A DNA stretch of 64,000 bases from Vicugna vicugna. Taxonomy: Eukaryota. The DNA is taken from the NCBI GenBank assembly GCA_013265495.1, contig MU057640.1, positions 1,807,303 through 1,871,302 of the forward strand. The letters run 5' to 3'. Made by a program: the position numbers and the translations under genes. Shown here piece by piece: positions 15,066 to 29,849 of the stretch (position 1 is the stretch's first letter; every line of letters starts with the position of its first letter). The notes beneath the pieces are model-generated. The model was given only the letters and a program-made list of their open reading frames with translations. It ran no database searches and was not told the DNA's origin.

Positions 15066-16593
15066 AGAACCATGGATATAGGGTGATGATGAGCTTAAGC
15101 ATTCTAACTTTGCCAATGGCATACATATTTGGCTTTATAAACCATTAACTTATAAACAAAAAAGGGCAGCTGGCTAAGACAGCAACTTAACATAGACTGG
15201 TTAATTATTACCCTTCAGTTATTTAGTTAACAACAGTAACTGTGTAGGAAGATCCTCTAGTTTCTTCCCAATTAGAGTGGTTTTAAAGATGTATCACCTC
15301 TTACAGCACTTATCCTAGTTTCATCAAGCAGGCTATTTGAAGGAATTTTGGGTCCAAGTTACAATACAGTAGATAAAGAATTTGAGAGTACTTGTTTTAA
15401 GAAAGAGGAAAGAAAAATACAGGAGAGAGTGGGTGTGTACAGACCTGAAGTTATGTAACTAAAGGTGGTTATAATGGATGATGAAATTATGGATAATTTT
15501 CTTCCTTTTCTATCTCCCTCCCTCCCCTACCCAGTCAACTTTCCATGCTGAAACTGTATTGTTTCTGTGATTGAAAAAAAAAATTTTTTTTTAAATTTAG
15601 TTGAGGCTTCCGCATCTGGACAAGATGGAGTAATAAAGATCAGATTTGCCGTTGGACCTTAAAGATCTGGACAGAATACATGAAACAATGGTTTTGAGAC
15701 ACTGGATGTTAATCCCTGAGAGATGGGAAACAATCAGGTAGCCCTACAAGAGTTTCCAGGCCAAACCACAAGGAAGAGGAACACAGGGAGAGCCTAGAGG
15801 TCTCCAAGCGGAGGAGACAGCTGCGAGTCTGGGGAGGTCAAGGTGGCCAGAGTCGGCAGGGCAAAGCGCCAAGGAGGGAGATCCCTAGAGAGAGCAAGCT
15901 CTGGAGATCTGCAGAGGGTCCCTCTTGGAGTCTTCAGCAGATTAACGTTCAGCACATGCAGCAAAGGCCCAAGGCTAAGAAAAGAACCACCAGAAAAAAG
16001 CAGAAAGGAACAACGGAAGGTCTTGTGACTGGCTGGAGTGCTCAAAAGAATACTGCCTTGGTAATGGGGAGAAATTAGCCCCAGACTAAAGGCTGCTTTG
16101 GTCCCTTCTACGAAAGCTTAGAAGTAAACCCTGAAAGGATCAAAGTGTTCCCAAGGAATTTGATTGTGTCACACAACACAGTTCAAGAATATTTATAGGA
16201 ATATAAAAATATCCAGCAATCATCACGGTAAAATTCATGAAGTCTCACACCCAATCAAAAACTGTCAGGCTTGCAAAGTAGCAGGAAAATAGGACCCACA
16301 ATGAGAAAAAATAACCAACTAATCACTCAATCAAAAGTGACCCAGAATTGACACAGATTAGAATTAGTCAATAAGGACATTAAAAGTTATTATAACTGTA
16401 TTCCATAAGTTCAAAAAGATAGAAGATTGACAGCATGCTAAGTAGAGACATGAAAGATTTAAACAAATAAAGACATAATCAAACCTCAAGAGATACAAAA
16501 TGCAATGTCTGAGAATAAAAGATACACTGGATGAGATTAATGGCATATTATACAATGCAGAAGAAAAAATAAATAATCTAAAAAATACAGCAA

Positions 16594-16692
16594 GGTTGGG
16601 TATAGCTCAATGGTAGAGCACATGCTTAGCAGGCACAAGGTTCTGGGTTCAATCCTCAGTACCCCATTAAATACACACACACACACACACAC
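16594..16692 (+). mobile_element. tRNA-derived SINE (Vic-1 type) with (CA)n tail
   Basis: GGGTATAGCTCAATGGTAGAGCACATGCTTAGC...GGTTCAATCCTCAGTACC. Confidence 0.85.
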
Positions 16693-17039
16693 GTACAGAA
16701 ACTATGAAAAATTAAACACAGAGACACAAAAAAGACTGAAAAAAAAATACAGAGCATCAGTGAACTGTAGGACAACTTCAGGCAGCCTTATATAAATGTT
16801 TAACTAGAGTCCTCCAAAACAGGGAAAGAGGAAAAGACAGAAAACATTTGAAAAAATAACTGAAATATTTCCACATCTGATAAAAACAATATACACCTAA
16901 GGATTCAAGAAGCTCAACAAACTCCAAGAATAAGAAACCTGAAGAAAACTGCATCGTAATTAAACTGCTTAAACTATCAATGAAGAAACTCTTAAAAGCA
17001 AGCCAGTGAAAAAAGACACACTATTATACACTGTACACA

Positions 17040-17502
17040 CAGGCGTATATTGCTTTTTTGCACTTTGCTTTATTGTGCTTTGTAGATACTGGGTTTTTTG
17101 GGGGGTTTTTTGTTTTTTTTTTACAACTTGAAAGTTTGTGGCAACTCTGCATTGAGCAAGTCTACTGGCACCATTTTTCCCAACAGCATTTGCTTACTTT
17201 ATGGCTCTGGGTCATATTTTGGTAATTCTCAAAATATTTCAAACCCTCCACCAGCAAAACGATTATGACTTGCTGAAGACTGAGATGAAGGGTAGCATTT
17301 TTAGCAATGAAGTATTTCTAAATTAAGTACTGTACATTGATACTTTTTTTAGACATAATACTATTGCACACTTAGCACAGTATAAACATAACTTTTATAT
17401 GTACTGGGAAACCAAAAAATTCATGGGATTTGCTTTACTGTGATAGTCAATTTATTGAGGTGGTCTGGAACAGAACCGGCAGTATCTCTGAGGTGTGCAG
17501 TG
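17040..17502 (+). mobile_element. Internally deleted Tigger1 (Tigger1a-like)
   Basis: CAGGCGTAT...CTTTGCTTTATTGTGCTT 5' end and GGTGGTCTGGAAC...TATCTCTGAGGTGTGC 3' end. Confidence 0.85.
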
Positions 17503-19399
17503 TACCTTTATTATTTGTGTAGAGGAACAAAGATACGACTACAGACTTCTCATCAAAAACAATGCAAGCCAGAAGGCAGTGTGTAGCCACATCATTAAAA
17601 TACTGAAAGAAAAAGTAATTGTTTCAATCCTAGTAGCTCTGTTTTGTTACTGCTAGAGAAGGCATGTGGCTTACATCCTCAACTACATCAGAAATTCTCA
17701 TAAAGAATTCTTGATAATACTAACAACAGTGGTGAAAGAAATGTATTGTCATTTAAGAAAGAGGGAGCAAAGTCAAGTTGAGAATCCTTCCAATTAGCAT
17801 TCCAGGCAATTTTAATGCAGTTAATCCAGGGCCACACGTACAAAAACATTTCAAGCTCTTTAGAAGACGGGTACAGCTATCATATGAAAGATCATACAAT
17901 ATACATAAAATAAAGGAGGAAAGAATAATGTTTTATTTCTGTGCAATATGCAAATTAGAAAACTATCTTGGGGGAAACTGTGGAAAAAGAGTCTGGAGGC
18001 AACTTTTTCAACATTCTGGTAAGGGTACCAGAACTTGGGAGTCAGCAGATCCTTCTGGTTTAATTCCCTAGGAGGAGGCTACGCTGGGAATGGTGATTCA
18101 GAAGACAGAAAGCACAGTTTTTAGGAGGTAGGGCTAATCTTGCACAATGTAAAAGGAAAACTGGGATGTGAAGGGATTAACATTAATTTTCCTGTTAATT
18201 TTCTTCTAGAGGGGAGTACAAGAATAGAATACAAGCCAGACTGACCTAGTGATACTAAGCTATCTGAAGAGACTGGGGATACCCAAGTTTGGAGGTAAAC
18301 CTTCTGAATGCATAATTTATCAGCCATTAAGAGGGTAACTTCTTTGAGCTATGTCCATGACTTTGGCAATAATCCCTAAGAGATTATTTATTCCTTAAAT
18401 TTAGGAAGGATTGAGCCTGTTTCTAAGCAAGTATAAATTTCTAGCCCAGGTGACCATGGTTAAACCAAGCAAAAGTAACCAATATCGTCCAAGCCAGAGA
18501 AGGCCATTAGAATAATACGGCCACTACCTGCCCCCACTCCCGCCGCCCCTAAAGAAGTCAGTCCAATGCAAGGATTTGAGGACAGTATGCAAAGCATTCT
18601 ATTTCATTTATGAAGAAATTAAACTGCTTGTTATGTGTTTGAAAGAAGAGATTAGCTACAAGGTCCTCCATTTCCAAACACTGCTGGTCCTTTTTCTGAG
18701 CCTCTTCTTAGGTTATTTTATTCTATTCTTTATTCCTTCTTTAGAAATATGCTACTCTGCTCAGTATCCATTGTGCATCCAGTATAAAAGCTGTTCAGCG
18801 AGGAATTACAAGGATGCTTCCTTTCTTACTGAGGAAGTAAGGAGAAAGGAGGCTGATATAATGGGAAATCTTATTCCAAGTAGGTGTAAAGGACTAAACC
18901 AGGTGCTACATCTCAAGACAGACAACGTGCACATCCCAAACCATGATGAAGGCACTGGTTGTCAGTGGCTCATGAGGCTCCACGATATGGAGCAATCCTG
19001 TACGTAGGGATGCCGGTAGTTAAATTGCACAAAACTTGTGCTTGGAAAGCGTAGTGGTGGAAGAATTAGATTTTGGAACCTAGGCCTTGGTACTGTGGTT
19101 ATGCTACATGGGGTCTAACCAGTGGGGGCAACATTGTCACGAGAGCCATGGGACCTAGAAGGGAAACTGGTAAAGTCGATAATTCACCTTACCTTTAGGA
19201 TAAAACAAGTTGTTCTGAAATGTGGGTTAGAAAACCCCTGAATTACAATCACCTGTGTAATACAGATTTTGGGTTCCCAGCCTAGAACTACAGAATTAGA
19301 ACTGCTCAGACGAGGTTCAGGAATCTGCATTTTTACACATTCCTATGTCATTTTTAGCCATGCTAACATTTTAAAGTCAACAGTCTTGATGAGCATTGT

Positions 19400-19590
19400 C
19401 CAAACCTACATGGGCTATTAAATTTAAATCAATTAAAATTAAGTAAAATTTAAAATTCATTTCCTTAGTCATATTGGCCACATTTCAAGTGTCTCATTAC
19501 TGCCCGTATGTGGTGGGTTAGCAACTACCACACACAGCAGCACAGAATGTTTCCATCATGGCAGAAAATTCTATTAGCGCTGGTCTAGAC
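19400..19590. mobile_element. MER3/MER33-like hAT MITE
   Basis: TAAAATTAAGTAAAATTTAAAATTCA..GCCACATTTCAAGTG...TTCCATCATGGCAGAAAATTCTATT. Confidence 0.7.
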
Positions 19591-19676
19591 TTTGGATTTG
19601 GGACAAAGATGTTAAATTATCCCTAAGTGTGGTATGTGTGTCTGAGGGGTGGGGATGTTCCAAAAATTAGTCTTTA

Positions 19677-20198
<522 letters not shown>

Positions 20199-20436
20199 CT
20201 AATGAGAAAAAGATTTTAAAAATTCAGGCTAAGTCACAATCTGAATTAATTCCAGTTTCTTGGTAAATTAATTCCAACTGTTAATACGGATAGTATGAAT
20301 CAAAAATACACCATTCTAGCTCAATACTGTAAGTATCCTATTTTAAGAATGCTATAGTAATATACCTCAGGACTTCCTGGATGAAAAAAAATTAATACTT
20401 TCAAAATCACAACCATAAATTCAGCAAGGCAACTTC

Positions 20437-20508
20437 AAAACAATTCTAGTCTACTGAGTTTAGGATCTTCTAAAAACAATTCTAGTCTACTGAATTTAGG
20501 ATCTTTTA
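20437..20508. repeat. 36-bp tandem duplication (2 copies, 2 mismatches)
   Basis: AAAACAATTCTAGTCTACTGA(G/A)TTTAGGATCTT(C/T)TA twice. Confidence 0.92.
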
Positions 20509-20831
20509 AGAGAGGTGAAAAACCTTTATTGTGGTGCATTTAGAGAAATCTGTCATAGAAAGCTATTAAACCATTTTGTGCTCCTATGTTAAGTTATAAA
20601 AATATAACTATAATAAAGTAAGGTCAGTCTCTAGCTTCCTGAGGTTGGGTTTAATCAAACATTAAATAGAAGACTCATGGGTTCAGCCCAATCAGCATAA
20701 ATGAGGTGGTACACAGAGGTAGTAACACATGAATCATTAAGATTTAGCACACATTTTCCTCTCGAAAATGTTGGCTTCGCCTGTATAACCATGCTGTATT
20801 TCTGTAAAATCTTCAGCAAAAATAGAATACC

Positions 20832-21447
20832 TGTGCAGTAAAGAACTAACCTTGCCCAAAGAGAGGTTTGGCCTTCGCACTTGGGTTCTGGGGGGTAATC
20901 TCTAGTCCTTTGGGATGACCTGCCTGGTAAGAGGCTTTGTTTTCTATTATTATTATTTTTTTGTTCAAAAAAGATTTTAATGGAGGTACTGGGGATTGGA
21001 CCTTATGCACTCTACCACTGAGGTATACCCTCCCCCCAAGAGAGTCTTTATTTACCTGGAGGCTTAGAACCATGAAGTCTAGAGGAGCTGGAGACCAAGG
21101 CTGGCCAGGTGGGTGGTCAACCAAGTCTAAGTCACTGTGTATCAATAAAAACTGCGTACTGAGGCAGGTCCCTAGTTGGCAACACCCTGTGGGTACTGTC
21201 ACATGCCACTGTTACTGGGCACAACTGCACTGGGAGAGGACAACTAGGAGCTCATGCCGCAGGGTCTCTGGGCCTGCCCAATGTACCTCGTCCCTTGGCA
21301 GGTTTCAGTCTGCTTCTTACCATCTAACCGTGAGTATAATGTAATAAAATCTGACCGTGAGTATAAGGACTTTGCTGGGTTCTGTGAGTCCCTCTAGCAA
21401 ATTACTGAACCTCAGTGGGGTCTTGGGGAACCTCCCAAATCTTGCAA
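20832..21447 (+). mobile_element. ERVL-class solo LTR (MER21-like) containing a SINE
   Basis: AATAAA...CCGTGAGTATAA..CTTTGCTGGGTTCTGTGAGTCCCTCTAGCAAATTACTGAACCT; boundaries approximate. Confidence 0.6.
20937..21037 (-). mobile_element. tRNA-derived SINE (Vic-1 type), internally deleted
   Basis: TTTAATGGAGGTACTGGGGATTG...CACTCTACCACTGAGGTATACCCTCCCC. Confidence 0.82.
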
Positions 21448-21469
21448 TACTTTCAGTTTACTGAAAGCA

Positions 21470-21715
21470 GTGCAAAGCAGTGGCTAACAGCCAGGGCTCA
21501 CACAAGCCTGGGTTTTAAATCCCTGACTCCACGTGCTAGTTAGAGGACTTTGGCTAAGTTAACTTTTGATCTTTAACTTGTTTATCTGTAACACAGGGAT
21601 GTAATATTCCTTTAGAGAATTAGGTGAGACACATATATGGGCATGCATGCACATGTGCAGGAGGGTATTCCTTAACATGATGCCTAAAACACATGAGCTC
21701 CAAATGGTAGTTATT
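21470..21715 (+). mobile_element. MIR SINE
   Basis: CCTGGGTTTTAAATCCCTGACTCCAC...TTTGGCTAAGTTAAC...TATCTGTAA. Confidence 0.6.
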
Positions 21716-21836
21716 CGTATTAACGAACAAATGTAATAAGTTCCACTAAAGAAAGAGACTGCAAGAACTTCACAGGTATATTTTACTGACTTGACTGGAT
21801 AACAGAGAATTTAATCACTACTTGCAAAGCACAAGT

Positions 21837-21840
<4 letters not shown>

Positions 21841-21867
<27 letters not shown>
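21841..21867. repeat. (CA)13 microsatellite
   Basis: Perfect dinucleotide run. Confidence 0.95.
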
Positions 21868-21870
<3 letters not shown>

Positions 21871-21876
21871 TCTTTA

Positions 21877-22182
<306 letters not shown>

Positions 22183-24984
22183 TTAGAGAGAGAGAGAGAA
22201 AGACCACTGACCATTAAGGTGAAAAAAACATGAAGTAGAAAAACGAATGCTTCAAAGACATAAGAAATTTAGAAAAAAGACAGATTCTGTAACAACTGAA
22301 AGTAAGTGGGTGACTTGCCTCAGACTGTTCATTAGCAAACCGCAGCCCGCTCCCAGACCCCAGGCAGGCTATACTCATCTTCTGCGGAACCACAATGCAC
22401 ATTAGCACATTCAGAGCTCTGAGAATTTGTGCAATAAAGTAACCTCCTTAATTCTGATTCGATTCCCAAACTTTTCAAATTTGGGTATACAATTGTATTC
22501 GTATCAAATGAAGGCCAAATGAGTAAAGGTACATCTCATGAAGATTTGAGTTAACTTGAAAACAGAAGGGAAACAAGAACTGAGTCATTCCAGGACACAC
22601 AATGCAGACACACACACAGAACTCAAAGAGTCTGAGCTCTATTCACCAGTACCAAGTCCGTGCTGTAAGCAGAAATATATTTTTTTCTGTTGCCAATTCC
22701 AACAATACCTGGATAAGATTACATTATTGGCATTTGAGGCTTACCTGCTGATAAAGTTTCAATTAGGTACGAGGTCTGATTATTTTGCACTAGCAAATGA
22801 TTCTTTGAAGTTACATTCTTTTATTACAAGATACTTATCCAATACAGGCATTCTCTGCATTAGTGTTATTGAAATTAAAATGCAAAACCAGATTAAATAC
22901 AGAATTAGACCCACAGCAATTTATGCCAACAAAATATCATCTATCACATTAATGTTAATTTTTACTTCATTCTTGCTTCCATTTAATTTGTAAATTCCTT
23001 ACATTATGTAAGGACTATAAAGTGATTATACCTAACTTTATAAAGGCACATACTATAGTTATATTATAATAAAAATAACTTATGTGGAAATGCACAATAA
23101 TTCTTTTTCCTTTACAGAGAAGATATATACCCTTCATGTTGGAAACACTGCTTTGAGAGAAAAAGACGTCATGAAATTTAGCCCCAGCAGTTGGTGGCGG
23201 TGGTATGACGAAAGATAAGGCCGAAGAGGCAAGCCTGGCCAAGTTGATGAGCTGACCTGTTTAGTACTCCAGAACCTGCAACAACGCTATTATTTCATTT
23301 TCTTGTTTAGTTATGTTGGCGAACACTTCCAAAATTGCGTTACATTGTGGTGACAAGAAAACCTCTGTCAGAACCTGGCACTAACAGGAACGCCTGCTGT
23401 GGCTGAACATTACACGTGATACTGAGTATAGCTGTATTAAAAACAAAGGATGCACATAATGTTATAAAGTAGTTTTTTAAACCAATAATGGAAATGAAAT
23501 TTAATCGATTTGCTTTTTAATACTTAAGCTCAAAAACGAAAAATGGATGAACTGGTGTGAGATACTTAAAAAAGTACTGCTGGTTTCTCCTTATCCTGGG
23601 CTCTCAGGATTTTTGCATCTGTAGGCATAACTGAATCAAATTACAGTTAGTTTTTCAGCCAGTTCAGTCATACACTGCCATCAGTATTACAGTGATTTAA
23701 AAATAATCTTTGAGAAATTTTCCTTCCTTATCCGTACATTAGAATAGATCAGAGAGGGCAGGACAATTATTCAATTTCCAGAAGAAACTTCCTGAGCCTG
23801 GGTTTTTAAACTGTGGCATGAGGTTGGGTCTGTTCCTTGGTTTTATATGTTCATTTGTGTATTCATTTTATTCATTTGGTCATCCTTCTGTGAAGTCAGT
23901 CAAAGGTTTTTAAGTAAAGAAAATAATATAATGAAAGTGATGTTTTGTGCAGAGGACTTTGTTAGCAGTCCACATAGAAGAGATGTGGCAGGAGGGAATT
24001 TGGAGGTTTTGACATTTTCTCAGGAGAGACAGAATGAGGTCCGTGTTCAGAGCAGCAGAATACACAGAGTAACTGATTAACTGCTTTTACTCTAACATAC
24101 AAACTCCAAGAATATTTTCTACCCCAACATGCCCCAGTAACATATTTTGCTTAGAAAATAAAGTCAACAATGAGCACAGGAACATTAATAATAGAAAACA
24201 GAATTCTGAGACGTGGAAAGGTATTCTAGAACATAGTATCTGTGAGGAACTGTTACTAACTGTTTCCTGGATTAGCTAGGTCTTTCCGTCACAGTGAATG
24301 CAACTAGTGAAAATAAACAAAACTAATAATTATGAAAACTAGACACGTTAAAATTAATTTGAGTAAAAACTGGAAGGAATCCCATCAGCATAAAAAATTC
24401 TGACCTATTAAGTTTGACCCGGAAAACTGTACTTGGCAGAAGTACCATTTACACACAAGAGTCACATTTGCAAACTTGGTAGAAGCTGTAACTAGGAAAT
24501 TCTGATATACAAAAAACACGATTAATAAACTCAAATCTTTGACAGAAAATTTACATGGAAAAGAATCTTGAGAATATCAGTAAAATGAAAATGAAATAAA
24601 TATGAAGGGGTTTAACCAAGACCTATAAGAAACTGACCAAGAAATTATTTTAGTTAAGTATCATTTAAAATTTAGCATCCACTATGAGAGACAATAACAT
24701 CAAAGGAATTAAATTGGCTCAATGGAGTATACCTCAGAAAATTCATCAAAATGCTCAGAGGATCCCAATATCTGCCTGGCAAAATACTGATACTCTTAAT
24801 TAACATTTTGAGGGGCAGGAGCCGGATGGGACAGGGGCTAACACTGTGAAGGAAAGAAAATAACCAAAGATCACAACAGCACTGGAGCAAGAATAAAATC
24901 ATCCCTCACGAATGAAGAGAAACGAGAAAAAGCTATATATACTTAGATTATTGAATCATTCTACAAAAGTAATTCTGTGTTCTA

Positions 24985-25830
24985 TGCTAACTGCTGGATA
25001 GGTGCTGGATACACAATGATATACAAAGCACATGTGATTCCTGCCCTTGACAGCTTATCATCTATAGCAGAGGTTTACAAAATACAGGCCTGGGCCAAAT
25101 CCAAGCTAAGAAGAGTTTTTATGTTTCTAAAAGGTTGTTTAAAAGAAAAAGCAAAGAAGACTTTGCTAAGGAGCATGTGCACGGCTCCAAAAGCCTCAAC
25201 TATTTTACTGTCCAGGCTCTTTATAGAAAAAATCTGCCAACCCCTGGGCTAGAGAAGAAATAAACTTTAAACAAATAAATATAAAATTATAACTATGCTA
25301 GGTGCTCAGGAGGTAACGACAGGGTAGTATGAGTGCTAATCACATGGGGCAGGTGGTCAGAGAAAGCTGCTCTGAGAAAGTGATATTTAGACTAATACTT
25401 ATAAATAGAGGTGGAAGACTGGTGGGAGGAGGGGAGATGGCTGGCACTTTCTGGGCAAAGTGAAGGGCAGTAAGGAGGCCTTAGGAAAGAATTTAGGGGG
25501 AAGGTAGAGCTCAGAGATAAGCACATGCTTAATATGCACGAAGTCCTGGGTTCAATCCCCAGTACCTGAATTAAAATAAACAAAGCAACCAACCTAATTA
25601 TCACCCATCCCCACCAAAAAAAAGAGCACAGCTAAGACACCGAAAGAAGCCCAGAGGGGCTAGGGTGAGGAGGGTGGTATAAAGCACAGCTGGAGAAACT
25701 GGCAGAGTCCAGATCACAGAGTGCCATAGGAAACGTTAAGGAGTTTGAACCCTATTTTAAAAGCAATGGAAAGCCACTGAATATTTCAAGCATCGAGGGG
25801 GCATGATTGACTTTAAAAAGTCACTACAGC
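24985..25830. mobile_element. L2 fragment with nested MER58-like MITE (about 25085-25248) and SINE
   Basis: GGTCAGAGAAAGCTGCTCTGAG and AGCAATGGAAAGCCACTGAA (L2); CTTTATAGAAAAAATCTGCCAACCCCTG (MER58 end). Confidence 0.65.
25496..25624 (+). mobile_element. tRNA-derived SINE (Vic-1 type), diverged
   Basis: GTAGAGCTCAGAGATAAGCACATGCTTAATATGCACGAAGTCCTGGGTTCAATCCCCAGTACC. Confidence 0.82.
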
Positions 25831-26889
25831 TGAGTGAAGATTTACAAGTACTTCTTCCTATTTAAATTCAGCATGCGTTCAGAAAATAAGGGGTATTGTG
25901 TTCCTAAACTGATTTGAGTTTTGTTTGGAAAATTGTGAGAATGTGAATGGCAAAAGATGTAACCAAAACTTTATCTGAATCTACTTGGTACCAGAGAGTA
26001 AGCTGAGAGTGAGAATTTGGATCACTTTTTGATTTGGAGAATTTCTCATCAATATGGTGGAATGAGTAGCTGATAAGAACCCTCTCCCTGCCTTTACGAT
26101 TCACACACATAGAAATGCTAGATAAAACAGCCTCCCCACACGTATTCGTGAAAAAAAAAAGTTAAATTAAAATTAAAAAGCAAAGGTGAACTCTTCAGGT
26201 GCCAACAATTTAAAAAGAAGGTGAAGTCATAGCAGTGGTAGGTGTAGTGGTGAGTGGTGCTGACTTTTGGGTGAGTCTAGTTGGATTAGATTTGAACTGC
26301 ACTGAGTAAGACGCTAGAAGAGGTGGAATTAAAGTTCTGGGTTTCTGATGGAGACAGAAACAAACAAGAACAGGACACTGTGAAAAAGAAAGAATGGATT
26401 AGAAAACAATTACAAATGAATATTAAACATGAACATTTACTACCTTGAGTATTGCACAAATAAAATCTTATTTCCAGTAAATGGAGTAACTTTAGAGAAG
26501 CACTTGCGCCTTTAACAAAGATATTGCGTAACAAAGGGGCAAGTCATCTGATTCAACACCAGGGTAAAGATAAAGCTATGGGGTACAGGTCTGATTTGAT
26601 CCTCTTATCTAGTCAAATGCCTTCTTATTTCCTATTTCAGATTAAAGACACCCAAGGCATTTCCTAGAATAGATCAAACACAGCTTGAATGCTTTCTCTA
26701 AAAACTCTCAAGTCCAAATGTTCCCTAGATTGGAAAGATATGCATTAACAGGACTTTCAATTCCTGTAAGTTTCTGTTCATGCTTCCAAGATATTTAACT
26801 TACAGCAGCTGATAACATCAAGTTGAGATGTTTCTGAATGCATGATTTTCCGTGTAGAAATAGCTTCATTTGTCATTATACAAAACTGT

Positions 26890-27087
26890 TGATGGCTGGG
26901 CTCGGTGGGGAATAAGGAGTAACTGCTTTATGGGTGTGAGGTCTTATTTTAGCGTGATGAAAATGCCCTGGAACAAGACAGAGCTGGTGGTTGTACAACA
27001 CTGTAAGTGTACTAAATGCCACTGATTTGTTCACTTTAAAATTGTTTATCTGATGTTATGTGAATTTCACCTCAACAACAAAAAAAC
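26890..27087 (+). mobile_element. L1MB-like 3' end
   Basis: GGTGGTTGTACAACACTGTAAGTGTACTAAATGCCACTGATTTGTTCACTTTAAAA...GAATTTCACCTCAA. Confidence 0.8.
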
Positions 27088-27458
27088 TGTTGAGTTACAA
27101 AGGCTTGGCAAGTAACTCGGTTAGCTAATTTCTGCCACATTCTATGCTATGAGCCATCTGACAAACATATGCACCTGGTCACAAAGACAGACTAGCAAGA
27201 GGGCCAGCACAGAACAACAGAAATTCACTATCAGCAGGAAAACAAGTCTGTTATACACCAGTGGTACTCCTTTCACATGAAGAGCATACAGAGCATACCG
27301 CAAAAATGGTTCTTCTCTGAATGTGAAATTTGGAAAAAAACTAAAAATTACTCTTTAACAACTTTTCTCACTCCAACTTCAAAGATTAAGGATCTAAGTT
27401 CATAAATTTTGATTTGAGATGTAAACACATAAAACTCAGATGTCACAGGAGTATATTA

Positions 27459-27713
<255 letters not shown>

Positions 27714-29400
27714 TTAAAAAAATGTTAAATTTTATCTTAAGTCCCCTTAAGGTTGTTAAAACTATCAAAAAACTAATTTCCACTTAGGGTTATATCTCTA
27801 TTTCTTTGACAAGGAAGGTAATACTTAGATACCCTTACAATTTCTATATAAAAATGAAATACAGGCTTAATGGGAGAAGTTTCAAATTTAGAGTTAGGAG
27901 TCATATAACCTCTCTGATCTGTGATTCCCACCCATAAAATGTGGGAATTGGATTAGATGAAATCTCTTTAATAGTTCATGATCTTTTCTATTACTTTTTA
28001 ATTAACCATGGCTTATATTAAAACCATGCAAGAGAAATGAAAATGATGAAAGAAATTCAGAACTAGAACAAAAAAGCATACTGGTAAAGGAAGTGGGTAA
28101 AGCAATACAAGATCTGAACAAATTGGATAGTCCTAAACAAAGAGACGCTCATCAGTCAAAAAAGCTGTATAATGAGATGCCTAATACTAGCTTAAAAGAA
28201 GTAAACTGTATATACAGAAATGGCAAAGAACCTACAAAATTTATTAATCACCCTTTAAGAAAAAAAAGTTGGGATAAAACATCACCAAATAAATGAAATG
28301 ACCATCTTTAAAAGTAACCCATCCAAAGCAATGATCTATAAATGGGTGCCCAAAGTATAAAATGAAGAATGGCAAAATACACTAAGCTTAATAATTATTT
28401 TAAATTCAGCCTAACTAAGCAATAAAATAAAAGGGAAACCCTAGGCTCTAGCTTCAATAAAACAGTTGTATTTAATGCTCTGTCTGCCCATTACAAAAGT
28501 GTGCGTATTAATTCAGGACATGATCTTTCTGATATGCAGGATGGGGTCTTCAGCTTCGTAATTCCATGTCCCTTACAAGGACATACTGGAGCTGAGATGG
28601 TTGTTTTATCTACCAGAACACGACACAGTCATTAACATCAAATAACCAGTGCTCCTTAATCCAACTTTGTAATCACGAATCAACATGATTATTACAATTT
28701 AGTTTCTCAGGTAGAGCATTTGAAGCGATCTGCAAGTAAAATGAATACAAATATTCCAGTCTATCGGGAGTCATATTTTTCTTAGTAAAATAATACACTG
28801 ACAGTCTGGCTGATACATTAATCTTTTATGGTGAGATTCACCCTCTCCGTGCCAGATTACTAACAGGTGGGCTAACAAGAAGATATTTCCCAAAAAGAAC
28901 CAAACTTCAGATAATGGTAACACTACCAAAATGTCACCCACTGAAGCCCTATCTTAAGTGGCTGTGTGGCTCCTCCAGATGACATCTCTGACACCATGAA
29001 CTAAATGAAATTACGTATTTACCTAAATATGTGGGGAGGGAGGAGGCACATTTTTCATAAAGTAAGTATAGGTCAGATTGCATACTCTTTAAATTACACC
29101 TCACCAGTTTAACTGTGTTCCTTTTTAACCTATGTAAGAACAATCTTCGAATGGCATTTTTTAATTACTATCGGCATTCTTAAAATGCATTTTATAAAAG
29201 ATGGGTATATAAATTCTAGATCTAATTCACATATACTTTGCTGAAGTAAAACAAAATAAAGCAAAGCAAAGAATATTTAATTTTTTTAAAAAAATGAACT
29301 TTGGATTCCATAGAGGATTCCCAATAGGTTGGAAGTGAAATATAAACATCTACAACAGATTCCTTAGACTTGCTTCTTGACTCACAAATAGAGCTGTTAC

Positions 29401-29459
29401 CTGGATTTCTATCAAGCTGGGAAGCCAATCTGGTATTTGAATGATCCACTCGTTTTGTG
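29401..29459 (-). CDS. PCNX1: PCNX1 exon (TKRVDHSNTRLASQLDRNP)
   Basis: CAG acceptor, GTAACA donor, 59 nt, phase 2-1. Confidence 0.95.
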
Positions 29460-29849
29460 CTGAAAATGGCAAAATAAAACATATTAAGGAGATTTTTATA
29501 TTTTTTAAATGTCTAATAATTAACAGGTAAAAAATATGTAATATAGATTAAATATATATTATTCCTTTATGAAAATATCTGGGAAAACTCTATGATTAAA
29601 TATTGATAAAGCTCTTCAATAGAACAATTTTAGGGGTAAGGATTTATTTTTCACTCTTCCAGCTCCACCATATATAAACACAGTTTTTTCCTAACTGACG
29701 TTTCACTGAACACCAAATATAGAAAGACAGTCATGAGTTTAGTGTAAAAAGACAAAACAAAACAAAAACTGATCGCTATGAAAAACTGCATACAGTGCAT
29801 GAAACACTCCTTGCAAGGGGAATGACTAGTGGCACAATGTTCTTTAGAA

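Larger units (their letters stand above)
15603..17615 (+). mobile_element. Ancient L1 (L1MC/L1MD-like) 5' UTR and ORF1 remnant, interrupted by a SINE and a Tigger1
   Basis: ORF1-like motifs ACACTGGATGAGATTAATGGCATATTA, CAGAGCATCAGTGAACTGTAGGACAACTTCA, ACAGACTTCTCATCAAAAACAATGCAAGCCAGAAG. Confidence 0.75.

Noticed and set aside
18576..19007. 143-aa intronic antisense ORF (similarly 22556-22993)
   Set aside because: Non-ATG start, no homology recognised, no splice context
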